Assembly: GCA_964556685.1 (NCBI GenBank)
Contig: CAZKWX010000002.1
Location: 10,541 to 74,540, forward strand
Direction of reading: 5' to 3'
DNA: 64,000 bases
DNA from: an uncultured Bdellovibrionales bacterium
Lineage (GTDB): Bacteria > Patescibacteriota > Minisyncoccia > Moranbacterales > DUUL01
A program made the position numbers and the translations under genes. Shown here piece after piece: positions 1-9,600 of this stretch. The notes beneath the pieces were generated by a model. It saw nothing but the letters and a program-made list of their open reading frames with translations, was not told where the DNA came from and did no database searches. How positions within the stretch are numbered: the first letter of the stretch is position 1; every line of letters begins with the position of its first letter.

Positions 1-2
1 TA

Positions 3-170
3 GTAGTAAAAGCGAATAAGAAACCTAAATTTTCAACTCGAAAAATAAATCGGTGTTGGAAATGTGGAAGAAAGCGTGGTTACATGCGAGAGTTTGATTT
101 GTGCCGAATTTGTTTTCGAGAACTGGCGACGAAAGGAAAAATCCCTGGAGTGCGTCGGTCAAGTTGGTAG
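3..170 (+). CDS. rpsN: 30S ribosomal protein S14, Zn-binding type Z (5' end outside window)
   Basis: Hand translation from nt 3: [55 protein letters not shown]; CxxC...CxxC and C-terminal IPGVxxxSW. Confidence 0.95.
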   Translation, partial: VVKANKKPKFSTRKINRCWKCGRKRGYMREFDLCRICFRELATKGKIPGVRRSSW

Positions 171-175
171 TTTAG

Positions 176-272
176 TAGAATTATGAATTAAGAATTATGA
201 ATTAAGAATGGGAATGCGGAATACAGAATCTGGAAATAAATTCCAAATTCAAAATTCCAAATTCGCAATTCA
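176..272. repeat. 7-bp periodic inverted-repeat element (GAATTnn arm / nnAATTC arm)
   Basis: gaattat-gaattaa-gaattat-gaattaa-gaatggg followed by aattcca-aattcaa-aattcca-aattcgc; 185-215 is identical (31 bp) to 841-871. Confidence 0.85.
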
Positions 273-280
273 GTAAAAAT

Positions 281-826
281 ATGTCTCGTATTGGAAAACA
301 ACCTATTGAAATCCCAGACGGAGTGACGGTCAAGCTAGACGGTCAGGATTTGGAAGTGAAAGGACCAAAGGGAAGTTTGAAAATGGAAGTGAGCTTTGAA
401 GTGGAAGTGAAAGTGGGTGAAAAAGAAATCGAAGTGAGCAAAGTCGGCAAGACCAAAAATGCGCCGGCCCTTTGGGGAACCACTCGAGCGCTGATTCAAA
501 ATATGATTGTTGGTGTGACTGATGGTTTTGAAAAAGAACTTGAATTGCACGGAGTGGGCTACAAAATGGCAGTGCAAGGAAAAAAGTTGGCACTCAATTT
601 AGGATTTTCTCATCCAATTGATTTGGACATTCCTGAAGGGCTGGAAGTCAAAATTGAGAAAGAAAAGTTGACTGCTTCTGGAATTGACAAGCAGGCGGTG
701 GGAGAGTTCGCTGCCAAGATCAGAGTTTTGCGACCAGTGGAACCATATAAAGGAAAAGGATTTCGATATGTAGGTGAATATTTTGTTAAGAAAGAAGGAA
801 AACGGGCGGTTGGAGAAGAAGCGTAA
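281..826 (+). CDS. rplF: 50S ribosomal protein L6
   Basis: MSRIGKQPI start, GFSHP, RPVEPYKGKG motifs. Confidence 0.98.
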   Translation: MSRIGKQPIEIPDGVTVKLDGQDLEVKGPKGSLKMEVSFEVEVKVGEKEIEVSKVGKTKNAPALWGTTRALIQNMIVGVTDGFEKELELHGVGYKMAVQGKKLALNLGFSHPIDLDIPEGLEVKIEKEKLTASGIDKQAVGEFAAKIRVLRPVEPYKGKGFRYVGEYFVKKEGKRAVGEEA

Positions 827-833
827 TCAAGAG

Positions 834-929
834 GAATTAGGAATTAAGAATTATGAATTAAGAATGGGAATCTGGAAGAATGAATGAGGAATCTAATTCC
901 AACTTCAAAACTCCAAATTCCAAATTCAA
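834..929. repeat. 7-bp periodic inverted-repeat element between rplF and rplR
   Basis: gaattag-gaattaa-gaattat-gaattaa ... aattcca-acttcaa-aactcca-aattcca-aattcaa. Confidence 0.8.
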
Positions 930-934
930 TACCG

Positions 935-1285
935 ATGACGAAAGAGAGTAGAAACAAATTGAGACTGCATCGCAAAAGGCGAGTACGGGCAAAAGTCAGA
1001 GGAACGGCAAAAAAGCCGCGGCTTTGTGTTTTCAAAAGCTCACGATCAGTTTATGCTCAAGTGATTGATGATGAAAAAGGGAAAACGATAGTTGCGGCAG
1101 ATTCGAGAAAAGTTAAAGATGTCAAAGATGGTGTTGATGCAGCGAAGAAAACTGGTGAATTGGTTGCCAAAGAAGCGAGAAAGAAGAAGATCAAAAACAT
1201 GGTTTTTGATCGAGGAGGATATAAGTATCATGGAAAAGTGAAGGCTTTGGCAGAAGGAGCCAGAGAAGGAGGACTCGAATTCTAA
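935..1285 (+). CDS. rplR: 50S ribosomal protein L18
   Basis: RLCVFKS, FDRGGYKYHGKVKALAEGAREGGLEF; ATG 935 preferred because 884-934 is repeat-derived. Confidence 0.95.
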   Translation: MTKESRNKLRLHRKRRVRAKVRGTAKKPRLCVFKSSRSVYAQVIDDEKGKTIVAADSRKVKDVKDGVDAAKKTGELVAKEARKKKIKNMVFDRGGYKYHGKVKALAEGAREGGLEF

Positions 1286-1336
1286 TTATCAATTATCAAT
1301 TTCCAATTATCAATTTGGAATAATGCACACAATACA

Positions 1337-1942
1337 ATGGTTAAGCAGGAAAAAAACAAGAATTTTAAAGGTCGGAGATTCAGGAGAAGGGAAAAGCCTG
1401 AATATGAACAGAAAATGATTGATTTGGCTCGAGTAACTCGAGTGGTTAAGGGTGGGCGAAGATTTTCTTTTCGAGCAGCTGTGGTGATTGGGAACCGGAA
1501 AGGGAAGGTCGGCTTCGGAGTTTCAAAGGGAGCTGATGTTTCTGTGGCCATTGGAAAAGCCTTTGCTAATGCCAAGAAAAATATCATTATGGTCAAAAGA
1601 GCTAATACCACAGTGGCCTATGAAGTGCGTCAGAAATATGGAGCAGCTAGAGTGATGATCAAACCGGCCAAAGAAGGACGAGGAATCGTGGCCGGCGGAG
1701 CCATGCGAGCAGTGGTTGAATTGGCTGGGATCAAGGACATTGTGGCTAAATCATTTGGAACGGCAAACAAGATCAACGTAGCTCGGGCAACGATTGCGGC
1801 ACTCAATGAATTCAATGAGCCGACAACTAAACAAGGGAAAGCGAAGGAAAATAATAATGGAGACAAAGCTGAGAAAACTACGAATAAAGAAACCGTAAAA
1901 AATAAGAAAGCAAGCAATAAAAAGAAAAGCGGTAACAAATAA
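1337..1942 (+). CDS. rpsE: 30S ribosomal protein S5 with Lys-rich C-terminal tail
   Basis: RVTRVVKGGRRFSF, GRGIVAGGAMRAV motifs. Confidence 0.98.
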   Translation: MVKQEKNKNFKGRRFRRREKPEYEQKMIDLARVTRVVKGGRRFSFRAAVVIGNRKGKVGFGVSKGADVSVAIGKAFANAKKNIIMVKRANTTVAYEVRQKYGAARVMIKPAKEGRGIVAGGAMRAVVELAGIKDIVAKSFGTANKINVARATIAALNEFNEPTTKQGKAKENNNGDKAEKTTNKETVKNKKASNKKKSGNK

Positions 1943-2017
1943 GTCGAAATTATATTATTATTGAAATTAATTTATCTCTACGAAATACGGATGTTTTACG
2001 AATATACGAATAGTTAA

Positions 2018-2150
2018 AAATTCTAAACCCTAATATCTAAATCCTAGACAAATCCAAATTTTCTAAACTCTAAATCTAAAATATTTTGAATTTTGAGCAT
2101 TGAGATTTTGAGATTATTTAGAAATTAGGGATTAGAATTTAGGATTTCTA
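2018..2150. repeat. 7-bp periodic inverted-repeat element at the position normally occupied by rpmD
   Basis: ctaaacc-ctaatat-ctaaatc-ctagac arm and ttaga/ttagg/tttag arm. Confidence 0.7.
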
Positions 2151-2187
2151 TTAATACATTGGTATTCAACGAATAATTAACAAACAA

Positions 2188-2613
2188 ATGCAGATTCATA
2201 GTTTAAAATCCAGAAAACTTAAGTCCAAGAAGAGGGTTGGCCGAGGTGGCAAGAGAGGCACCTATAGTGGCAAGGGAATGAAAGGACAAAAATCTCGCAG
2301 TGGCTATTCCAAGCGAGCGACTTTTGAAGGTGGCCGAACAACTTTGGTGGCGCAAACCAAAAAGGCTCGAGGGTTCACTTCAAAAAAAGATCAGGTTCAG
2401 GTGGTAAATTTGGAAGAAATCCAAAAAAAATATAAGAGTGGGGAAGAGGTTTCGCCCAAGACCTTGGGGGAAAAGAATATCGTCAAGAAAAGTCATCTTC
2501 CGATAAAGATTTTGTCGGTTGGAAAATTGGCAAAAAAGGTTATACTTAAAGACGTGGCCTATTCGAAAGAGGCGAAGAAGAAGGTGGAGAAGGCGGGAGG
2601 AGAAGTTCGCTAA
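2188..2613 (+). CDS. rplO: 50S ribosomal protein L15
   Basis: RVGRGGKRGTYSGKGMKGQKSR, FEGG, KVEKAGG. Confidence 0.97.
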   Translation: MQIHSLKSRKLKSKKRVGRGGKRGTYSGKGMKGQKSRSGYSKRATFEGGRTTLVAQTKKARGFTSKKDQVQVVNLEEIQKKYKSGEEVSPKTLGEKNIVKKSHLPIKILSVGKLAKKVILKDVAYSKEAKKKVEKAGGEVR

Positions 2614-2706
2614 CGCGACAGTATCAGGTATTGTGTATCATGTATTAGGTATAAATTTCCGAATACCTAATGCTGGATACTTGATACATAATACGTATTC
2701 GTACTC

Positions 2707-3132
2707 TAAAATTTAGCAAGTGAGATTTGGGAGAATATAAAAAATATCAATCAATCACTAAGAGGAGGTTTCTCATGGCAGATGAAACACATTCGCTTCA
2801 AGTAATGATCTATGGAGGTGCGCTTGATGGATTTTTTTCCTTGATTGCGAAAACAATGAAAACTCTTGATGATCCACGAGAAAAACACCACAATGATTCT
2901 TTGGGATATATTTCTTCACGAATTGCACAATTTTTGAAAGAAAAATTCGAAAGAGCTCTCATTGAGAACGGTTATTTTGAAAATGAAGTTTCCGGAAAGA
3001 TTGATGAAGTAATGGATTTTTTCAGGAGAATCGAGAATGTGGAAAAGTAACAAAAAAGGAAATTTGAAAGAAGTGAGCAGGTCTCGATGAACGCATCTGA
3101 AAACCTGCTCCCTAAATCTCACTGGCTAAATT
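2707..3132 (+). mobile_element. Inverted-repeat-bounded ORF cassette 1
   Basis: Left end taaaatttagcaagtgagatttggga (2707-2732); right end cctaaatctcactggctaaatt (3111-3132) is its near reverse complement; encloses one ORF. Confidence 0.6.
2775..3050 (+). CDS. Hypothetical protein (91 aa) in cassette 1
   Basis: Strong SD AAGAGGAGGT just upstream of ATG 2775; no recognisable motif. Confidence 0.7.
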   Translation: MADETHSLQVMIYGGALDGFFSLIAKTMKTLDDPREKHHNDSLGYISSRIAQFLKEKFERALIENGYFENEVSGKIDEVMDFFRRIENVEK

Positions 3133-3135
3133 GCA

Positions 3136-3213
3136 TGTCATCCTCGCGAATGCGGGGATCCATTAGGTCAGGGAGTATCGAACAAATAGATTCCCGCCTT
3201 CGCGGGAATGACA
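3136..3213. repeat. REP-like TGTCAT...ATGACA palindromic element (dRS3-like ATTCCC-n8-GGGAAT core)
   Basis: tagattcccgccttcgcgggaatgaca; near-identical copy at 4050-4076. Confidence 0.8.
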
Positions 3214-3283
3214 AATGTAATGTTCATTTAAAATTTAGCAAGTGAGATTTGGGAATCTTTGAAAATGGGAAAGGAGTACAAAA

Positions 3284-3574
3284 ATGAAAGAAATTATAGA
3301 ACTTTTATTAAAATGTATGGCTGTTATAGAGTTGTTTTCAACGACCAGATCGATACTTCAAGACAGTCAGAGCAGTCAAATGTTGGATTTTTTCCAGGAA
3401 GACTTGGACCGACTGAACTGGTTGTTCATAGATTTAAGATTGGACTCAGATACCAAACAGACAGAAATTGAAAGATTTAAAAGAACATTAGGAAATGACG
3501 TGGAAGAGCTTGTAAAAATTGTAAACTTCTTAAAGACAGATGGAACTAGGAGACTAATAATTTCCTTGAACTAA
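3284..3574 (+). CDS. Hypothetical protein (96 aa) in cassette 2
   Basis: SD AAGGAG upstream; helical-looking; N-terminal ELLLKCMAV resembles EILMKCAVA of the next ORF. Confidence 0.65.
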   Translation: MKEIIELLLKCMAVIELFSTTRSILQDSQSSQMLDFFQEDLDRLNWLFIDLRLDSDTKQTEIERFKRTLGNDVEELVKIVNFLKTDGTRRLIISLN

Positions 3575-3613
3575 GCCAATAGAGGAATTACAGGTTATAG
3601 AGAGGTGTTAGTT

Positions 3614-3916
3614 ATGACAAAAGAGGTTGAAATTCTAATGAAGTGCGCTGTGGCTATTCTAATAAGCTATTGTGGCATAGCTGATTTAAACCTAACAACG
3701 ATAGAGTATTATCAAGCAGTGAATGATATTCTTAAGAAAATTGATTCTGCGTTGATTCGACTCGGTACATCTCTAGATGATGAATTACCGAAAGTAAGAG
3801 AAATAAGTGTTGAAGAATTCTTAAGTGTTGAAGAATATTGTAGATATATAGACGTATTGAATGATCCAGCAATGTTTGAAAAATTCATATCGGTTGTCGC
3901 TGGACCAGTAAATTAA
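3614..3916 (+). CDS. Hypothetical protein (100 aa) in cassette 2
   Basis: SD GAGGTG upstream of ATG 3614. Confidence 0.65.
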   Translation: MTKEVEILMKCAVAILISYCGIADLNLTTIEYYQAVNDILKKIDSALIRLGTSLDDELPKVREISVEEFLSVEEYCRYIDVLNDPAMFEKFISVVAGPVN

Positions 3917-3977
3917 TTTGGGGGATGAAAGGAAATAAAATTTCTAGTCCTCCCCAAATCTCACTGGCTAAATTAAA

Positions 3978-4076
3978 TGTCATTCTTGTGTCGCATCGAG
4001 TGCGGCATAAACTACAGCGGGGATCCATTGGGCTGAGGCATCAAGCTAATAGATTCCCGCCTGCGCGGGAATGACA
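3978..4076. repeat. REP-like TGTCAT...ATGACA palindromic element, second copy
   Basis: gcggggatccatt...tagattcccgcctgcgcgggaatgaca shared with 3136-3213. Confidence 0.8.
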
Positions 4077-4124
4077 AACAGGGAAATACAAAATATAAAA
4101 TACTAGCTACTAGCTACTAATCTC

Positions 4125-5396
4125 GTGTGGGATAAATTAACTCAAATATTCAAAGTCAAAGACCTGCGGAACAAGATTTTCTTCATTTTGGGAATCTTGA
4201 TTATTTTTCGTTTGGCGGCTAACATTCCCATTCCTGGAGTAGATGCTTCACAGCTAAAGTCCTTTTTTGAAAACAATCAACTGTTTGGTTTCTTGGATCT
4301 TTTTTCTGGGGGTGGTTTGAAAAATATCTCTATTGTGATGTTGGGAGTGGGACCATATATTACTTCTTCGATCATCATGCAATTGATGACGATGATCTCA
4401 CCTCGCATGGAGCAGCTCTATAAGGAAGAAGGAGAAGCAGGACGACAGAAATTTAACATGTGGACACGGTATCTAACTGTGCCACTGGCCATGATGCAAA
4501 CCTTTGCCATGATCACGCTCTTCAAAAATTCAGGACTTTTGGGAAGTTTGGTGACGTTTGATTATGTGGTCATCATCGGTACAGCTACTGCTGGAACGAT
4601 TTTCCTCATGTGGCTGGGTGAATTGATCACCGAAAAAGGAATCGGCAACGGAGTTTCACTGATCATTTTTGCCGGAATTGTGGCAGCGTTGCCGAGCACA
4701 GTCCAACAGCTGATTGCCACCTGGGATTCATCTCAATTGCTGACCTATCTGGCTTTTGCTGCGCTGGGTTTAATCACAGTTGCGGGAATTGTGGTGGTCA
4801 ACGAAGGACAGAGAAATATCCCCATTTCGTTTGCACGAAGAATTAGAGGAGGGAAGACCAGCGGGGGAAGCAGCTCTCATCTGCCACTGCGGGTGAACCA
4901 AGCCGGAGTGATTCCCATCATCTTTGCCATGTCAATCATGCTTTTCCCAGGAGTGATCGCCAATTTCTTTGCTGGCTCTTCCAACGAAGTAATTGCCGGT
5001 GCCGCTGGTTGGGTAGCTGATGTTTTTGCCAATCAATTATTCTATGGATTGATCTATTTCTTCTTGGTTGTAGCTTTCACCTATTTCTACACCGCGGTGA
5101 CCTTTGATCCCAAAAGTGTGTCAGAAAATCTTCAACGTCAGGGAGGATTCGTCCCTGGCATTCGTCCAGGCATGCCGACCATGGAATACTTGAATTATAT
5201 TGTAAATCGGATTACACTGTCTGGCGCGCTATTTTTGGGTTTGGTAGCCGTTTTGCCTTTTATTGTTCAAGGATTCACTGGAGTGCGAGCGCTCACCATT
5301 GGGGGAACAGGAATTTTGATTGTGGTTTCGGTGGTGATTGAAACGATGAAACAAATCGAAGCACAGTTGGTGATGAGGGATTACGAGGGCTTTTAG
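4125..5396 (+). CDS. secY: Preprotein translocase subunit SecY
   Basis: LGVGPYITSSIIMQL, GIGNGVSLIIF, NQAGVIPIIFA, GGFVPGIRPG; ten TM segments; GTG start. Confidence 0.98.
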   Translation: MWDKLTQIFKVKDLRNKIFFILGILIIFRLAANIPIPGVDASQLKSFFENNQLFGFLDLFSGGGLKNISIVMLGVGPYITSSIIMQLMTMISPRMEQLYKEEGEAGRQKFNMWTRYLTVPLAMMQTFAMITLFKNSGLLGSLVTFDYVVIIGTATAGTIFLMWLGELITEKGIGNGVSLIIFAGIVAALPSTVQQLIATWDSSQLLTYLAFAALGLITVAGIVVVNEGQRNIPISFARRIRGGKTSGGSSSHLPLRVNQAGVIPIIFAMSIMLFPGVIANFFAGSSNEVIAGAAGWVADVFANQLFYGLIYFFLVVAFTYFYTAVTFDPKSVSENLQRQGGFVPGIRPGMPTMEYLNYIVNRITLSGALFLGLVAVLPFIVQGFTGVRALTIGGTGILIVVSVVIETMKQIEAQLVMRDYEGF

Positions 5397-5551
5397 CCCA
5401 ATTAGTAATTACTAATTATGAATTACTAATTAAATAAGCGAGCGTTGTCCGCCTTCGCTCCGATTGCTCGGAGCTGCGAAGGACAGGTGCCGTGGTTATT
5501 ACCTCAGTCCCGCGGAGCGGGATTTCGTTACGCTCAACCTTCAAAACATAC

Positions 5552-5622
5552 GCGGGATTCGTATAGTGGTAGTACATCAGCCTTCCAAGCTGACGGCGCC
5601 AGTTCGATTCTGGTATCCCGCT
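5552..5622 (+). tRNA. tRNA-Gly (TCC)
   Basis: Acceptor stem gcgggat/atcccgc, D loop agtggta, anticodon arm tcagc-ctTCCaa-gctga, T loop ttcgatt; CCA not encoded. Confidence 0.95.
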
Positions 5623-5670
5623 CAGGATTAAGAAGTAATAAATTACTTTTTAATTACTTCTTGTAAAAAC

Positions 5671-5847
5671 ATGGGCAGAAGAAAAATCGAAGAAAAAAAC
5701 ATAAGAAAATTGTCTCAGGTTGGTGAGGGAAGCTTAGCGATTACAATTCCGATTGAATTGATCCGAAAGCTTGGTTGGAGGCGGAAACAAAAGGTGGTTG
5801 TTTCAGAAAAAGGAGGGAAGATTATTATTGAGGACTGGAAGGGGTAG
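5671..5847 (+). CDS. AbrB/MazE/SpoVT-family DNA-binding protein (58 aa; not in ORF track)
   Basis: Hand translation MGRRKIEEKNIRKLSQVGEGSLAITIPIELIRKLGWRRKQKVVVSEKGGKIIIEDWKG; SLxxTIP..LGW swapped-hairpin pattern. Confidence 0.8.
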   Translation: MGRRKIEEKNIRKLSQVGEGSLAITIPIELIRKLGWRRKQKVVVSEKGGKIIIEDWKG

Positions 5848-5984
5848 AAGTTATCAATGGTCAGTGATCAATGATCAATTATTTTTCAATGACCAGTGAT
5901 CAATTGACTGCTGATTCAAACTGGAAAACTTTTTATGGAGAATCATTTCTGGGAGATGGGCTTAAATCTTATTTAACAGGGTAA

Positions 5985-6248
5985 ATGGATCTATTAATCA
6001 AAATCGAACATCCCAATATCACTTTAGAACTGAACGAAAAAAAAGAAAACATTGACAGGGAAGAGTGGACTGATGAAAATGACATGTCGACAAAGCTCTT
6101 AGCAGCTATTGACAAACTTTGCTCACGGAATAAAATAGAGATACAACAAATTGATAAAGTGAAAGTTGAATCTGATCATGAATCTTTCACATCAACAAGA
6201 ATAGCCAAAGCCGTTTCAAAGACGGTCGGTTGTTGTCTAGATGCTTGA
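5985..6248 (+). CDS. Minimal TsaB/YeaZ-like protein (N-terminal domain only)
   Basis: KLLAAIDKL...IDKVKV...SFTSTRIAKAV resembles the TsaB GPGSFTGLRIG region. Confidence 0.6.
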   Translation: MDLLIKIEHPNITLELNEKKENIDREEWTDENDMSTKLLAAIDKLCSRNKIEIQQIDKVKVESDHESFTSTRIAKAVSKTVGCCLDA

Positions 6249-6272
6249 CATTTTTTTTGATTTGTGTACAAT
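6245..6272 (+). promoter_or_regulatory. Sigma70-type promoter upstream of rpoB
   Basis: TTGACA (6245-6250), 16-nt spacer, TACAAT (6267-6272). Confidence 0.6.
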
Positions 6273-6502
6273 AAACAACGTTTGATACTGAATTCTTCAA
6301 GATATATACAACTTAGAAGGGGTGCAAAAAAAGGCCAATATTACTTGGTCTCAAATTAATTCGCTATTATTTTTCTTCTCCACATTTCAATGCCAGAGAG
6401 AAGTCAAGAGTAACAAAAAAATATTTTTTGGATCAGCTTCGCTGGTTGTTTTTTGTTTTTTTAGAAGGGAATGAAGTCGCTAAAAAGCGAGGTCTGATAA
6501 TT

Positions 6503-6594
6503 GACGAAAGTAACGCTATTTTTTACGCATAAGTTTGCCTCTGGATAGATTTTTGAAGGTGCAAACTTGGCGAAAAAATAGCATTGCTCCTGTC
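6503..6594 (+). promoter_or_regulatory. Structured leader hairpin upstream of rpoB (copy 1)
   Basis: Long hairpin gctatttttt/aaaaaatagc, cgc/gcg, aagtttgc/gcaaactt; homologous to 10113-10203. Confidence 0.75.
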
Positions 6595-6643
6595 TCGCTT
6601 GCAACGACCGATAAAAAAGCAACGTCTAAAACATACAATTTTC

Positions 6644-9600
6644 ATGAAAACCGCCCAGAAAAACCTAAAAGTTCGATCAGCTTTCAGTTCACAATCGAGC
6701 CTTTCCAAGAGAAAGTTTTTTTCCAAGCAGTCAATGGTTTCTTTGCCGAATTTGATTGAGCCGCAAATGAAATCATATGAGTGGTTCATGGAAGAGGGAT
6801 TGAGAGAAATTCTTGATGAGGTATCACCGATAGAAGACTTCACAGGAAAAGAAATGGAACTTTCGTTCGGCGAGTATTATTTGGATGAACCAAAATATGA
6901 CGAAACCACAGCCAAAGAAAAAAATATTTCCTTTGATGCGCCGCTCCGAGTCAACGCTTCCCTGCTGATCAAGAAAACTGGGGAAGTGCGCGAGCAAGAA
7001 ATCTTCTTGACTGACTTCCCTTTGATGACAGACCGAGGAACTTTTATTATCAACGGCGTTGAACGTGTGGTGGTTTCTCAATTAATTCGCTCTCCGGGCG
7101 TATTTTTTACAGCTGATTATCAAAAAGGGCGAAAGCTGTTTGGAGCGAAGGTGATTCCTAATAGAGGAGCTTGGCTTGAAATTGAGACTGATATGGACGG
7201 TGCTATTTGGGCCAAAATCGATCGCAAAAGAAAAGTGCCAATCACAAGTCTTTTGCGTGTTTTTGGTTTGGAAAAAGACAGCAAAATTCTGAAGACTTTC
7301 AAGAAAGTTGATTCGGGAGAGACGTCTCACATCAGAGAAACGCTAGAAAAAGATCCAGCCAAAACTCAAGGAGAAGCTTATAAAGAAATCTATAAGCGTT
7401 TGCGACCGGGAGATTTGGCCACCGAAGAGAATGCCAAGCAGATGGTTGACTCAGTTTTCTTTAACTATGAACGCTATGACTTTGGAAAAGTGGGGCGCTA
7501 TCGGCTGAACATGCGATTGGGAATGGACAAAGACGAAAAGAAAGAAGAAAACCGATTGTTGGGACAAGATGAGTTGATCAAGATTATTGAAGAAATTGTT
7601 CAACTTAACAATAATCCAATGTCCAAGCCGGATGATATTGACCACTTGGGCAATCGAAGACTGAGAGGCGTGGGAGAATTGGTGCAAGCCAAAGTGCGAG
7701 TGGGATTGGCTCGAATGGTGCGAAACATCAAAGATCGCATGAGCACTTGTGAAGTGGAAACGGTGGTGCATGGTCAATTGATCAATCCCCGACCAGTTTC
7801 AGCTTCAATCAAAGAATTTTTTGCTTCATCTCAGCTTTCTCAGTTCATGGACCAAGTGAATCCTTTGGCTGAGTTGGAGCACAAACGTAGACTTTCTGCC
7901 ATGGGACCAGGTGGATTGACTCGAGAACGAGCCGGATTCGAGGTGCGTGACGTGCACACTTCTCACTATGGAAGAATTTGCCCGGTGCAAACTCCGGAAG
8001 GACCCAACATTGGTCTGGTGGGTCATTTGGCTTGCTATGCCAGTGTCAACGACTATGGTTTTGTGGAGACACCCTATCGAGTAGTTACCAAAGAAATTGA
8101 AAAAACTGAAAAAAATAAAGCCGTAGGAAGAATCATGGCAGAAACTGTCAAAGATAGTTCAGGAAAAATTTTGATAAGCAAAGGAGAAAAAACCACTGAA
8201 AAAACAGCTGGTCGGATTCGAAGATCAGCCAAAAAGAAAATCAAAGTAGTCCCCTTCGTGACCAAAGAAATTCAGTATCTTGATGCCACCGTTGAAGAAA
8301 AGAAAAACATTGCTCACGCTGGAATTGAAATTGACGAAGATGGAAATTTAACTGGGTCAATTGTTGAAGCCAGAGTACATGGTGAAGCTTCTACTATTGA
8401 TGCCAATGATTTGGACCACGTAGATGTATCAGCCAAGCAATGCATTTCAGTGGCCACAGCCCTGATCCCGTTTTTGGAACACGATGACGCCAACCGAGCG
8501 CTGATGGGATCAAACATGCAACGACAAGCTGTTTCTTGTGTGAAACCCCAAGCTCCTTTGGTGGGAACAGGATTGGAAGACAAAGCTGCTTCTGACTCGG
8601 GTCAAGTTGTGTTGGCTAAGGAAGATGGTCAAGTGGTTGAGGTTGATGCTGATCACATTGTCATCAAGGAAGCTGGCGGAAAAGGAAAAAAGGCCAATCG
8701 AAGAACCTATGCCCTTCAATCTTTTGCTAAATCCAATGCTTTCACCAGCATGAATCAAGTGCCCCGAGTGAAAAAGGGGCAAAAGATTAAACAAGGAGGC
8801 CTGCTAGCGGATGGAGCTTCGACTGATCACGGAGAATTGGCGCTGGGGCAAAATGCGTTAGTAGCCTTTATGCCTTGGGGAGGTTATAACTATGAAGACG
8901 CCATTATTATTTCTGAAAAATTACTTCATCAAGACTCCTATAGCTCAATTCACATTGAAGACTTTTCGATTGACGTACGTGACACAAAATTGGGCCCAGA
9001 AGTGGTGACGCGAGACATTCCCAACATTGGTGAAGACCGGCTGAAGAACTTGGACGAAACAGGAATCATTCGGATTGGGGCAGAAGTTTCTTCAGGCGAC
9101 ATTTTGATTGGAAAAGTAACTCTCAAAGGAGAAGGCGATTTGACCGCTGAAGAACGATTGCTCAGAGCGATTTTTGGTGAAAAATCTCGTGATGTGAAGG
9201 ACACTTCTTTATATCTTCCTCATGGAAAGAGCGGGAAAGTGGTTGACATCAAGATCTTTTCTCGAGAGCAAGGCGACAAACTTCCCGCCGGAGTGATTCA
9301 ACAAATTCAGATCTCTGTGGCCCAGCTACGGAAAATTTCAGTCGGTGACAAGTTGGCTGGACGCCATGGAAACAAGGGAGTTATTTCCAAAATTGCTCCA
9401 GTTGAGGATATGCCCTATTTGCCGGATGGAAGTGCGGTGGATGTGATCCTTACGCCGTTGGGTGTGCCCTCGCGTATGAATATTGGACAAATTTTTGAAA
9501 CTCATTTAGGTTGGGCCGCTGCTCAATTGGGATATAAAGCAGCCTCGCCATCACTTAGTGGTGTTTCAGAACAAGAAGTGAAAGATGAACTCAAAAAAGC

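Larger units (their letters stand above)
3229..3974 (+). mobile_element. Inverted-repeat-bounded ORF cassette 2
   Basis: Left end 3229-3254 is identical (26 bp) to 2707-2732; right end cccaaatctcactggctaaatt (3953-3974); encloses two ORFs. Confidence 0.6.

Noticed and set aside
1943-2187. Absence of rpmD (L30) between rpsE and rplO
   Set aside because: Loss of L30 is an established general feature of CPR bacteria; used only as a taxonomic clue.
176-4122. Repeats in the spc operon as a CRISPR array
   Set aside because: No constant 23-47 nt repeat with regular unique spacers, and no cas genes in the window.
5552-5847. tRNA-Gly as the attachment site of an integrated element
   Set aside because: I saw no integrase or duplicated tRNA 3' end in the window.
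8080-8260. ~50-aa extra segment in RpoB
   Set aside because: It looks like an ordinary lineage-specific RNAP insertion, with no repeat arms or nuclease motif.
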